Positions 11,235 to 20,327 of a stretch of 64,000 bases of DNA are shown here, piece after piece. This stretch comes from Clostridia bacterium (lineage in GTDB: Bacteria > Bacillota > Clostridia > Oscillospirales > CAG-272): contig JAFTSW010000053.1 in the NCBI GenBank assembly GCA_017467085.1, forward strand, positions 7,782 through 71,781, written 5' to 3'. The notes beneath the pieces are model-generated. The model saw only the letters and a program-made list of their open reading frames with translations. It was not told the DNA's origin and made no database searches. The position numbers and the translations under genes are program-made. Position 1 is the stretch's first letter; every line of letters starts with the position of its first letter.

Positions 11235-11987
11235 TCAGGAGGCGAATTTCTTGCGCAAATGCCCCACGACCTTACCGCAGCAGAGAAAATCGTCAAAGCG
11301 GCAAAGGGGAATATCGGGGTATTCGGGGTTCAGGGAATGAAGCCTATCTCCCATATAGCGCTTGAAATAGCCCTCCCCGTTGGCAATAAAGATGCCAAGC
11401 TCACCGAAATTGACCGAGGGCTGCTGGTGGACCAGGACGATGTCCCCGTGACGGAAGCGGGGCTCCATACTGTTGCCGCTGACACGGAGCGCAAAGTCTG
11501 CCTTTTCCGTGGCGGCGTCGGCGCGCACGTCGATGCTTTCCCTGTCCGCGTGGTCAAGGAAGGTGCCCGTTCCCGCGGAAACGGGAAGAATATACAAGGG
11601 AATGGTAATCATCGCGGCACTCTTGCTGTCGGCGGCGAGGCTTTGGTTTTTCTCGTTTTCGGCGCCTAAGGCGTCTGCCGTTCTGCCGCTTTCCATCTCG
11701 GCAACGGCGCGGACGGCCGCCTTGCCGTATCCGTCGCTGTTACGGTAATCCTTCAAGAGCTTTTGCTCGTCCTGGGAAAGAGAAACGGCGTCTTCCTCCA
11801 GAAGGGCGCCCAAGGACACCCCTAAGGCACGGCAAAGAGCAAGGGCAACGGAGAGCTTGGGCTCCTCGATAACACCCGACAGGAGCTTGTTCAGCGTTCC
11901 CAAGGGAATGCCGCTTTTCTGACTCAATTCTTGGGTGGTCAGCCCCTCTTTATTCTTAATGGAACGGATTTTTTCAAAAAAACGCAT
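11235..11987 (-). CDS. XRE-family HTH fused to an S24 (LexA/CI-like) self-cleaving peptidase domain
   Basis: N-terminal HTH (LTTQELSQKSGIPLGTLNKLLSG). C-terminal SGNSMEPRFRHGDIVLV Ser nucleophile motif plus a downstream Lys (GYFKRY). Confidence 0.8.
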   Translation of the reverse strand: MRFFEKIRSIKNKEGLTTQELSQKSGIPLGTLNKLLSGVIEEPKLSVALALCRALGVSLGALLEEDAVSLSQDEQKLLKDYRNSDGYGKAAVRAVAEMESGRTADALGAENEKNQSLAADSKSAAMITIPLYILPVSAGTGTFLDHADRESIDVRADAATEKADFALRVSGNSMEPRFRHGDIVLVHQQPSVNFGELGIFIANGEGYFKRYMGDRLHSLNPEYPDIPLCRFDDFLCCGKVVGHLRKKFAS

Positions 11988-12366
11988 AAAGCAGTCCTTT
12001 CCGCGCCGTATTTTCGGCGGCTTTTGTCAAGTCGGTGGATGTCACGGCTATATTGTAGCATAGCAAAACGAAAAAGTAAATACCTTTTGGAAAATTTCTT
12101 GAAAATATTTTCCTTTTTAGGTAAAATGCACAAAGAGGGAGGAAGCGCTTGCTGTGCCTTGCGCATCTTTGACAAGGGCGCCACAAGACGGCTAAAAACG
12201 CAAAAAAGGGGAAAACGGAAAAATTTTTGACACCGCTTATATATAATATAAAGGAAGAAAAGGAAAAAAAGCATCCGATTTTCGGAACAGGCGGGAAGCA
12301 AAAATGGGCAAAATGCTAAAAATTACATAAATGAAGGAAAAAACGGGAGAATTTTTTTGTACTTTA

Positions 12367-12395
12367 TTGACAAACGAAAAATAATATGGTACAAT
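12367..12395 (+). promoter_or_regulatory. candidate sigma-A promoter
   Basis: TTGACA, 17 nt, TG-extended TACAAT, about 75 nt upstream of the ATG at 12471. Confidence 0.5.
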
Positions 12396-12470
12396 GCATA
12401 GTAGAGGTGTATACCACAAAAGGCGCCCTTGGGAGCCTTTGCGTATCAATATTTTCAAGGAGAAAGAACC

Positions 12471-13556
12471 ATGAAGAAAAAAGTTTTACTTCCGCTCTTG
12501 CTCGTGGCAGTTATGCTGCTCGTTTCCATGATGGTATTTTCCGTTCATGCAGACGAATGCTCCGCAGGAGGCTCCCATGAGCCCAGCCCCCTTCCTCCCA
12601 CGTGTACAACGGGTAGATTTTGTACCAAGTGCTTCGAAGAGTTAGAGCCCCCCGCCGGTCACGCGTGGGATGAGGCTACCTGTGCTGCCCCCAAGACCTG
12701 CCGTACCTGCGGTGAGACGGAAGGCAAGAAGCTGCCCCACGACCCTAAGAATTACGACAGAGCAGAGCCTACCTGCACGGACCCCATCATTTGTACCGCT
12801 TGTATGCGTGAGGTTGAGCCCGCAAAGGGACACAACCCCGGCGCCGCTGCTGACTGCGGTCACGCACAGTGGTGCACCGATTGCAGCGCTTTGATTGCCA
12901 ACGCAACGGGTGAGCACGATTTTTCCGGTGCGGGTGAGGTTGTAAAGGCGCCCACTGCCGCCGGCGGCTTTGGCGAATGCCTGATTACCTGCGCTAACTG
13001 CGATGAGAAGATTCTGCAGCACTTCACCACCTTCGTTGCCTCGGATGATGCCAAGGCAAGCACCGTTGGCGGTACCGCCCAGCTTGCTTTGCAGTCTTAT
13101 CTTGACGTAAAGACCTTGAAGATTGCCAACTATTCGGGCGTCAAGCTGAACGGTAGCGACAAGCTTTTGCAGGTTGCGGACATTACGCTGTACGATGCAG
13201 AGGACGAGAGCTATCAGCCTAACGGAACTCTGCAGGTAAAGATGCTTCTGAACAAGTCCGCTGTTAAGTTTAACAAGGATGAGCTGAAGGTTTACCACAT
13301 CGCGGAGGACGGCAAGGCTACCGAGCTGACCGTTATCGCTGTTGAGGACGGTTACGTAACCTTTGAAACCACTCATTTCTCCGTTTTCGCCGTCGCCGTT
13401 GAGGGTGAAACCGGCGTTGCGGTTCTTGGCGGTTCCACGGGTATGCCCATTGGCGCCATCATCGGTATCATCGCAGGTGCCGTTGTACTGGTAGGCGGAG
13501 CCGCTGTTGCCGTGGTACTGATTCTGAAAAAGAAGAAGTCCGCTGCCGCACAATAA
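12471..13556 (+). CDS. cysteine-rich, C-terminally membrane-anchored surface protein (hypothetical)
   Basis: AAGGAG RBS. Signal peptide MKKKVLLPLLLVAVMLLVSMMVFSVHA. Five C-x(4-6)-C-x2-C repeat units. C-terminal TM helix followed by KKKKSAAAQ. Confidence 0.7.
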   Translation: MKKKVLLPLLLVAVMLLVSMMVFSVHADECSAGGSHEPSPLPPTCTTGRFCTKCFEELEPPAGHAWDEATCAAPKTCRTCGETEGKKLPHDPKNYDRAEPTCTDPIICTACMREVEPAKGHNPGAAADCGHAQWCTDCSALIANATGEHDFSGAGEVVKAPTAAGGFGECLITCANCDEKILQHFTTFVASDDAKASTVGGTAQLALQSYLDVKTLKIANYSGVKLNGSDKLLQVADITLYDAEDESYQPNGTLQVKMLLNKSAVKFNKDELKVYHIAEDGKATELTVIAVEDGYVTFETTHFSVFAVAVEGETGVAVLGGSTGMPIGAIIGIIAGAVVLVGGAAVAVVLILKKKKSAAAQ

Positions 13557-13679
13557 TTGCCAATCAAAGGGAGTGCCGCAAAACGGCATTCCCTTTTTGT
13601 TTCAAGCCAAGGACAGAGGGGCGCTGGGCGCTGTGCCTTTGTCTATGGCGAAAATTCCAAGAAAAGGAAGCGAAAAGCA

Positions 13680-14789
13680 ATGAAGAAACGATGGCTCGCC
13701 CTTTTGCTGGCGGCGGTGCTGTGTATCAGCGTCCTTGCCGTGTCCGCAGAGGGAGAGGCGGTTGTATTCCGCTTGAACGGAGAGGAATATGCAAAAGTCG
13801 GGGTAGGGGAGATTACCCTGCCTGCTTCGCCTGCCTTAGAGGGCGGCGAGGTCTTTATCGGCTGGAAAACCGACGTGGGGGGCGAGGTGCGCCTGTTCCC
13901 TGCGGGCGCTGTCTTTTTTGCCACAGGAGAAACCACCTTTGACGCAGTCACCGTGACAGCGTCCACCGCGGAGGCGGCGTCCGTTTACGCCGTTGGCGAG
14001 AACGTGGGACTGCGCTTTACCTCCCAAATAGACAAGGCAGACTATAACGGGCTGCTGTCGCTTTTGGGGAAGGATGGCTTTACCCTTGGCACCCTGATTG
14101 CCACCACCGACTACACCGCTAAGATTGGAGGACGGCTGACTGCCGCGCTTCTGGCGGCAAAGGGCTATGAGTATCTGGAAATAGAAACCTCCAAGATTTA
14201 CAAAACCACTGCCAGCTATGAGGAATGGGCAGGGTCGGTGGTCAATCTGAAGGCGGAGAATCTCTCCCGTCGCTATGCCGCTATCGGCTATCTGGATATC
14301 CGTTACGCAAACGGTGAAGAGGGCAGGGTATACTTGAAGGCTGCCTATATTAATTCTCAAGGAAACAACGCATACCGTGAGTTTAGCTCCGTGCAGGCGT
14401 ATGACGCCTTCTTGAACGCCTATGATGACAGAAACGCAGGCTATCAGAACATCGTCAAGGAGGGGGATATTATTACGTACAGCCCCTATACCGAGGCGCA
14501 GCTGCAAAAAATCAAGGCGTATTTAGACGGGGCAGTCAGTATCAAGATTAACGGGGCGGGCAAGTACGCCGTAGAGGAAAAGGGCTATTACAGCTCTCCC
14601 TACCAGGTAAGCTATGACGCCAGCCTTAACAAGGACAAGGTGACAATCACCGCCAAGGACGGCGGCGCGCTGACAGGGCGGCTGGTGGCGATTGTCTTTG
14701 CGGGCTCTCATCTCTCCTTTGCGAGTCTGGAAAAGACAGATGACACCGCCTGGCGCTTCAAGACCACGGCGCAAACTCCCGACTATTAA
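13680..14789 (+). CDS. secreted protein with an N-terminal Listeria-Bacteroides (Flg_new-like) repeat (hypothetical)
   Basis: Start at MKKRWLALLLAAVLCISVLAVSA (signal peptide). VVFRLNGEEY...VFIGWKTD resembles the F-x-GW repeat. Confidence 0.65.
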   Translation: MKKRWLALLLAAVLCISVLAVSAEGEAVVFRLNGEEYAKVGVGEITLPASPALEGGEVFIGWKTDVGGEVRLFPAGAVFFATGETTFDAVTVTASTAEAASVYAVGENVGLRFTSQIDKADYNGLLSLLGKDGFTLGTLIATTDYTAKIGGRLTAALLAAKGYEYLEIETSKIYKTTASYEEWAGSVVNLKAENLSRRYAAIGYLDIRYANGEEGRVYLKAAYINSQGNNAYREFSSVQAYDAFLNAYDDRNAGYQNIVKEGDIITYSPYTEAQLQKIKAYLDGAVSIKINGAGKYAVEEKGYYSSPYQVSYDASLNKDKVTITAKDGGALTGRLVAIVFAGSHLSFASLEKTDDTAWRFKTTAQTPDY

Positions 14790-14816
14790 CGTGAAATGAT
14801 GCACCAAAAGTGAAAA

Positions 14817-14841
14817 GGGGCTGTCTCAAATGAGACAGCCC
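14817..14841. terminator. bidirectional stem-loop terminator
   Basis: ggggctgtctc aaat gagacagccc, between convergent genes ending at 14789 and 14851. Confidence 0.55.
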
Positions 14842-14850
14842 GTTCTGTTA

Positions 14851-16071
14851 TTATGATTGATGATAGGTTTCCAAGAAGTCGCCGATGTCAAGCATTGCCT
14901 TTTCCATTTGGGGAGCCTCGGGGAGCATAACCACACGGAAATGGTCAGGCGCCTGCCAGTCAAAGCCGCTACCGGGGATAATGAGAATTTTCTTCTCGTG
15001 GAGCAGGTCAAGGGCGAATTTTCTATCGTCGGTGATGCCGAAGCGCTTAACGTCCAGCTTGGGGAAAATGTAGAACGCCGCCTTGTTCTTGACGCAGGAA
15101 AGCCCGTCAATCTTGGCAAGGGCACGGAAAGCCGCTTCTCTTTGCTCGTAGAGTCGCCCGCCGGGAATCAGCATCTGACGGGTGCTTTCGGTGTCAGCCA
15201 GCGCCGCAGGGATAACCAGCTGGGTCAGGGCGTTGGAGCAAAGACGCATGGTGGCAAGCTTGGTGATGCCCTCCACAAAGCCGCGGTTGCGCTCCTTGGG
15301 ACCCGAAATCACCATCCAGCCGCAGCGGAAGCCGCAGATGCAATGGGACTTGGAAAGACCGTTGGTGGTGATAACCGTCACGTTGTCGGGCGCCAGCGCC
15401 GCTACGGAATAGTAGGGCTCATCGTCCATAACCAGGCGGTCATAAATCTCGTCGGACAAAATCACCAGGTTGTGCTTCTCGGCAAGACGGATAATCGCCT
15501 CTAAGGTTTCCTTGGAATAGATGGCGCCTGTGGGGTTGTTGGGGTTGATAACCACGATAGCGCGGGTCTTGGGGGTGATGCTTTTTTCAATATTGGCAAT
15601 ATCGGGATTCCAGCCGTTTGCCTCGTCGCAGACGTAGTAGACGGGCTTGGCTCCCGCAATATGGGTGCAGTTCGCCCACAGGGAATAGTTGGGGCAGGGC
15701 AAAAGAATTTCATCTCCGTAATTGAGAAGGGCGGTGATAATCATCTGCACCAGCTCGCTGACGCCGTTGCCGATAAAGATATCGTCGGGGGAGATGTTTC
15801 GGAAGCCACGGGAGATATGATAGGCGCAAATCGCCTCACGGGCAGAGGGCATACCGCGGTAATCACAGTAGGGTACCGCCTTGTCCATATTCTCCATTAA
15901 AGCTTTTTTGACACTTTCGGGCATGGTGAAGCCGAAGGTGCCGGGGTTTCCTGTGTTGAGTTTCAGAACCTGCTCGCCTTCCTCCTGCATACGCAAGGCT
16001 TCCAAAAAGATGGGGCCGCGAATGTCGGAATGGACGGGAATGAGCTTGTCGGTGCTACGCAATATTTCCAC
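14851..16071 (-). CDS. class I/II PLP-dependent aminotransferase (alanine aminotransferase-like)
   Basis: 406 aa. SKSHCICGFRCGW contains the PLP lysine context. LNTGNPG and NPNNPTG motifs. The start codon is GTG behind GGAAAGGAA. Confidence 0.85.
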   Translation of the reverse strand: MEILRSTDKLIPVHSDIRGPIFLEALRMQEEGEQVLKLNTGNPGTFGFTMPESVKKALMENMDKAVPYCDYRGMPSAREAICAYHISRGFRNISPDDIFIGNGVSELVQMIITALLNYGDEILLPCPNYSLWANCTHIAGAKPVYYVCDEANGWNPDIANIEKSITPKTRAIVVINPNNPTGAIYSKETLEAIIRLAEKHNLVILSDEIYDRLVMDDEPYYSVAALAPDNVTVITTNGLSKSHCICGFRCGWMVISGPKERNRGFVEGITKLATMRLCSNALTQLVIPAALADTESTRQMLIPGGRLYEQREAAFRALAKIDGLSCVKNKAAFYIFPKLDVKRFGITDDRKFALDLLHEKKILIIPGSGFDWQAPDHFRVVMLPEAPQMEKAMLDIGDFLETYHQS

Positions 16072-16196
16072 GGTGTTCCTTTCCCGGACAGAGTCCGTTT
16101 GATGGTTTGGCGCTCGCTATAAAAGCGCTATAATAATACATTATAGCATAATGGGAAAGGGTTGTCAATGCGTAAAGAGAGGTTTTTTCATTTTTC

Positions 16197-16225
16197 TTGA
16201 CAAAAAGAAAGGGGCGTGCTATAAT
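16197..16225 (+). promoter_or_regulatory. candidate sigma-A promoter
   Basis: TTGACA, 17 nt, TATAAT, about 30 nt upstream of the MFS gene RBS. Confidence 0.5.
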
Positions 16226-16256
16226 AGGCGCAATAAAATGAGAAGGAGGGACGGCA

Positions 16257-17528
16257 ATGAAAAGAGAAAAAGCGGCGGTGGGCGGCAAAAAGACCAATGC
16301 CCTGATAGCGGCGTCCCTACTGCTCTATATGTCCACCATTTGCATCAAAATTCTATACAGCGCCGAGGCGGTGATGCTTCTTTCCGCCCTCTCGGAAACC
16401 AAGGCGAGGGTTGGCTTTGGTTTGACTCTGTATTACCTATGCTACGCCGTTTTGCAAATTGTTCTTTACATCGTGATGCCAAGGCTTCGGATGAAGCCGT
16501 ATCTCACCGTAACCCTGGCTCTCTCCGCCGTTGGCTTTGCCCTTGTACCCTTTTGCGGCGCTCTATGGCAAATCTGGGTGCTGATGGGGCTGATGGGCTT
16601 CCTGCAGGCAGGAACGGTGGGCGGCTTGATGCACTTTCTGGGTCTGTACGTCCCCAAGGAAAGAATGGGGGCGGTTTGCCGCTATATGGCGGCAGGGCTT
16701 GCCCTTGGCACCGCCTTTGCGTATGTACTCGGCTCGCTTTTCGTCTTTCTCGGCGCCTGGCGCCTGTCCTTCGTGCTTATGGCGGCGGTGCATTTTCCCC
16801 TGCTTGCCTGGCTTTGGCGCCTGTTAAGCAGAGAGGAAAGGAGAGAGGCAAGGGCAGATGCCGCTGACGCTTCAGGTGTCGGGACGCCCGACTCCTTTAC
16901 GCCTGAAGATACGGCACCCTCCGCGCCACCCTCGGTGGCGCCTCGCGGCATTCGTTTGCCGCGGGCACTTTTGCTTTGCGCTTTGCTTGCCTGCATCTTT
17001 TCTATTGCCTATTACGGGCTTTCGGGGTGGTTCCCCACCCTTTTGAAGGAGTCCTTCGGCTTTCAGGACGCCTATTCCGTTCTGTTAAGCGCCCTTTTGC
17101 CGCTGGTCAGCGCCGTGGGGCCCGTTGCTTGCTTTGCTCTGTGCGACAGGCGAGGCAGGGCGCATTTTCAAACGGGGCTATGGCTGTATCTGCCTGCCGT
17201 GCTTCTTTCCCTGCTTATGCTGCTTCTTTACCGTCTGAACGGGATTTTGACCTTGGTTATGGCGGTTTTGCTGATTTTGTTCGTCAAGGGTGTCAGCGGC
17301 ATTTATGCCACCTATATTCCTGCTCATAGCAAGGACAAGACCGCCATTGGGCGGAGCGTTGCCTTAATCAACGCCTTTTCTGCCCTTGGCGCCTCGGTGG
17401 CGCCTACCTTGGCAGGGAGCATCATTGATAAAGGGGGGTACGATGGACTCTTCCTTCTGATGCTGGCGCTTGCCCTTTTGACCCTTCTGCTTTCCGCTCT
17501 GGGGGCGTGGACGGAAAGGGACAAGTAA
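16257..17528 (+). CDS. MFS transporter
   Basis: 423 aa, about 12 hydrophobic helices in two halves separated by a charged/Pro-rich central loop. GAAGGAGGG RBS. Confidence 0.8.
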   Translation: MKREKAAVGGKKTNALIAASLLLYMSTICIKILYSAEAVMLLSALSETKARVGFGLTLYYLCYAVLQIVLYIVMPRLRMKPYLTVTLALSAVGFALVPFCGALWQIWVLMGLMGFLQAGTVGGLMHFLGLYVPKERMGAVCRYMAAGLALGTAFAYVLGSLFVFLGAWRLSFVLMAAVHFPLLAWLWRLLSREERREARADAADASGVGTPDSFTPEDTAPSAPPSVAPRGIRLPRALLLCALLACIFSIAYYGLSGWFPTLLKESFGFQDAYSVLLSALLPLVSAVGPVACFALCDRRGRAHFQTGLWLYLPAVLLSLLMLLLYRLNGILTLVMAVLLILFVKGVSGIYATYIPAHSKDKTAIGRSVALINAFSALGASVAPTLAGSIIDKGGYDGLFLLMLALALLTLLLSALGAWTERDK

Positions 17529-17560
17529 AGGGCGTCGGCGCCTTTGCCGCGCCGTCAAAA

Positions 17561-17600
17561 AAGCCGATACGGTTTGCTTCCGTATCGGCTTTTGCTTTTT
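17561..17600. terminator. rho-independent terminator
   Basis: aagccgatacgg tttgctt ccgtatcggctt followed by a T-rich tract. Lies between convergent genes. Confidence 0.6.
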
Positions 17601-17620
17601 GTGACAGCCCCTTTGATAGG

Positions 17621-18757
17621 CTATGGCTCCAAGGAGCCGTAAAAGATTTCGCCTTGGTAGTCGAGAATACCGTTCATCTTGTTCAGCGCCACGAAAAAGC
17701 GGTTGCCCACCACCGTAAAGGCAAGGGGCGGCACGGCGCTTTCAAAGTAGGCGATAAGGGTGAGAGAGCCGTCCTCCTCGTAGCGGTAGAGGTTGTTCAA
17801 GAGGGTGACGCCGTCCTCCTTGGGGGTGAAGCCCAAGGCGTATACCTTTCCTTCTGCCTCAATAATATCGGCAATATAGGTGGTGTCCTTGGGGGTTATA
17901 TCGGTAAAGGAGCGCATATCCTCCGTTCTGTATAGCTTGCCTGTGGAGAACAGAAGAGAATCGCCAACGGGCACCTTGCTGATGATGGGAAAATAGCGCA
18001 GACGCACGTAGGTGAGGGCGTCGGAGAGAGGGCATACGTAGTGCATTGCCCCGTCGGGAGCATAGTAGTACAGCAGTCTTTCCGCCTTGGCGCCTGCCTC
18101 GGTGTACCGTGTGACGATGGCGTAAAGGTCCCCGTCCACCTGCATCAAATCATAGACGCGCAGGGCATAAAAGGGAGTGGTGTAAAGGACCTCGCTGCCG
18201 TCTGCCTCCACGAAGGGTACTTCCTCAAAGTGGGCGCCGTCCTCGGAAACCAGAAGGGGCGAATCTCCCTCCACCGAGCCAAGGCTTGCAAAGAGCTTGC
18301 CGTCATAGGACGCCATATCCCACACGTGCACCCCTCCCTGCAAAACACGGTGCTTGCGAAGGGTATCTCCCTCGACGGTGTAATAGTTGCCGTAGCTCCA
18401 ATCCTCCTTGGCGTCAATGCCGGGGATATAGAGCTTGCCGTCCAACAGAAGAAAGCGCTCTATTTGCTCGTCCTCGTAGCCCGAGAGCGCCTCCCACTTT
18501 AAGGTGTCCAAGGACATTCGCATTAAGACATCGGGAGAAATATTATCATCGTAATCCCCCGCTCCCACGTATAAATATCCCCCGTAGGCTATCATATCCC
18601 AGGGGTTGCGGGCGGAAAGTCCTTCGTAGGGTACCCCAAGAGAGGAGAGGGAGAGGGCGACAGGCTCCTTGACGGTGGGACCGCAGGCAGAAAGCGCCGC
18701 GACGCAAAGACAAAGCGCAAGCAAAAGAAGCAAGGCGCGATAAACTCGGATTTTCAA
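17621..18757 (-). CDS. lipoprotein (hypothetical, probably beta-rich)
   Basis: Signal peptide with lipobox MKIRVYRALLLLLALCLCVAALSAC-G. TTG start. No recognisable catalytic motif. Confidence 0.7.
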   Translation of the reverse strand: MKIRVYRALLLLLALCLCVAALSACGPTVKEPVALSLSSLGVPYEGLSARNPWDMIAYGGYLYVGAGDYDDNISPDVLMRMSLDTLKWEALSGYEDEQIERFLLLDGKLYIPGIDAKEDWSYGNYYTVEGDTLRKHRVLQGGVHVWDMASYDGKLFASLGSVEGDSPLLVSEDGAHFEEVPFVEADGSEVLYTTPFYALRVYDLMQVDGDLYAIVTRYTEAGAKAERLLYYYAPDGAMHYVCPLSDALTYVRLRYFPIISKVPVGDSLLFSTGKLYRTEDMRSFTDITPKDTTYIADIIEAEGKVYALGFTPKEDGVTLLNNLYRYEEDGSLTLIAYFESAVPPLAFTVVGNRFFVALNKMNGILDYQGEIFYGSLEP

Positions 18758-18852
18758 GATAAAACTCTCTTTCTTTTTTGTCGTTTCCTGCCTTTATTAT
18801 ACCGCACGGGCATATTTCTGTCAAGTAAGAGGAGGATTTTGGGCGGATAAGG

Positions 18853-18881
18853 TTGACATATTTCGTAAAATGTGGTACAAT
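18853..18881 (+). promoter_or_regulatory. candidate sigma-A promoter of trkAH
   Basis: TTGACA, 17 nt, TG-extended TACAAT. Confidence 0.5.
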
Positions 18882-18939
18882 ACCCCTATACTGTTTTTTT
18901 ATAGAGCCTGCCCAAACGGGCGGCGCAAAGGAGAAAGCA

Positions 18940-20301
18940 TTGAAGATTTTAATTGCGGGTATCGGAACGGTGGGAGAAACCTTGGTACAGGATTTGACCG
19001 CCGACGGACATGACGTAACCTTAATAGATGTAAAGAGTGAGGTTTTGGGCGCCAATATTGAGTCCTATGACGTGATGAGCGTGGAGGGCAACTGCGCCTC
19101 GATGGCGACTCTTTTAGAGGCAGGCGTGGAAAACGCCAACCTTTTGATTGCCGCCACGGGCAAGGACGAGGTAAACCTGCTGTCCTGTATGACGGCGTAC
19201 CGACTGAACCCTAACATTCATACGATGGCGCGCATTCGCAACCCTGAATACAGGGAGCAGGCGTTCCGTATGCGTGAGGCGTTCGGTCTTTCTATGGTTT
19301 TCAACCCCGAGCAGCAAACCGCCAAGGAAATTGAGCGTCTTTTGAAATTTCCCGGCTTCTTGAAGCGGGATTCCTTTGTCAAGGGGCGCGTGGAAATCGT
19401 GGAGCTTGCCATTGATAAGAAGAGCAAGCTGAACGGCGTATCTCTTCTGAAGCTGTACGATATCGTCAAGTGTCGGGTGTTGGTTTGTACCGTTTTGCGT
19501 GACGGGGAGGCCATTATGCCTGACGGTCAGTTCGTTTTGGAGGAGGGGGACAAGATTTTTGTTACCGCTCCTACTGAGCAGCTTTCCTTGCTGTTGAAGA
19601 ATCTGGGTATCGTTAGCCGCAAAAACCGCCGCGTGATGCTGGCAGGAGGCGGCACAGTTGCCTATTACCTTGTCGAGGAGCTGCTGAAAAGCCATATCGA
19701 CGTGCGTATTATCGAGCAGGACGAGGAGCGCTGCGCTATTCTTTCGGAGCTGCTGCCCCAGGCATCCGTTGCCCTGGGCGACGCGGCGCGCGAGAGCTTG
19801 CTTGAAAGCGAGGGGCTTTCCTCGTGTGACGCCTTTGTAACCCTGACGGGAACGGACGAGCGCAATATGATTCTTTCTCTGTACGCCCAAGGGAAGGGCG
19901 TGCCCCAGGTGATTACCAAGGTCAGCCGTATGGACGATAGCCGCCTGCATGATGCCTTGGAGCTGGGAAGCGTGGTCTGCCCCAGAAATCTTTGCAGCGA
20001 CAACATTGTGCGCCACGTGCGCGCCATGGAAAACCAGACAGGCGCCGCCGTGACAGGACACAGCCTGGCTGAGGGCGAGGCAGAGGCGTTGGAATTTATC
20101 GTAGATGAATCCGCTCTTCATATTGGTGAGCCTCTGCGTAGCATTCGTCTGCGGAAGAATATTCTGCTGGTCAGCATTTCTCACGGCACGGAAATTGAAA
20201 TTCCCAACGGTGACTCGACCTTCCAGGTAGGGGACAGCGTGGTAGTCGTGGTGGGACACGATACGGACGTTGTGCAGTTTAACGATATTTTTAAGCATTG
20301 A
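18940..20301 (+). CDS. trkA: Trk/Ktr potassium uptake system, NAD-binding subunit
   Basis: TTG start behind an AAGGAG RBS. Two RCK-N Rossmann motifs (KILIAGIGTVGETL and VMLAGGGTVAYYL), each followed by an RCK-C region. Confidence 0.85.
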   Translation: MKILIAGIGTVGETLVQDLTADGHDVTLIDVKSEVLGANIESYDVMSVEGNCASMATLLEAGVENANLLIAATGKDEVNLLSCMTAYRLNPNIHTMARIRNPEYREQAFRMREAFGLSMVFNPEQQTAKEIERLLKFPGFLKRDSFVKGRVEIVELAIDKKSKLNGVSLLKLYDIVKCRVLVCTVLRDGEAIMPDGQFVLEEGDKIFVTAPTEQLSLLLKNLGIVSRKNRRVMLAGGGTVAYYLVEELLKSHIDVRIIEQDEERCAILSELLPQASVALGDAARESLLESEGLSSCDAFVTLTGTDERNMILSLYAQGKGVPQVITKVSRMDDSRLHDALELGSVVCPRNLCSDNIVRHVRAMENQTGAAVTGHSLAEGEAEALEFIVDESALHIGEPLRSIRLRKNILLVSISHGTEIEIPNGDSTFQVGDSVVVVVGHDTDVVQFNDIFKH

Positions 20302-20327
20302 CGGAGTAATAAAACGGAGAACTTTCT

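Noticed and set aside
11235-11987. Prophage call based on the CI/LexA-like repressor.
   Set aside because: No integrase, terminase, capsid, tail or lysis genes occur anywhere in the window. The neighbours are copA and surface-protein genes.
18882-18939. A c-di-AMP (ydaO/kimA-type) riboswitch ahead of trkA.
   Set aside because: The leader between the predicted -10 element and the TTG start is only about 58 nt. That is far too short for that aptamer, and no conserved ACGGGG-type elements were seen.
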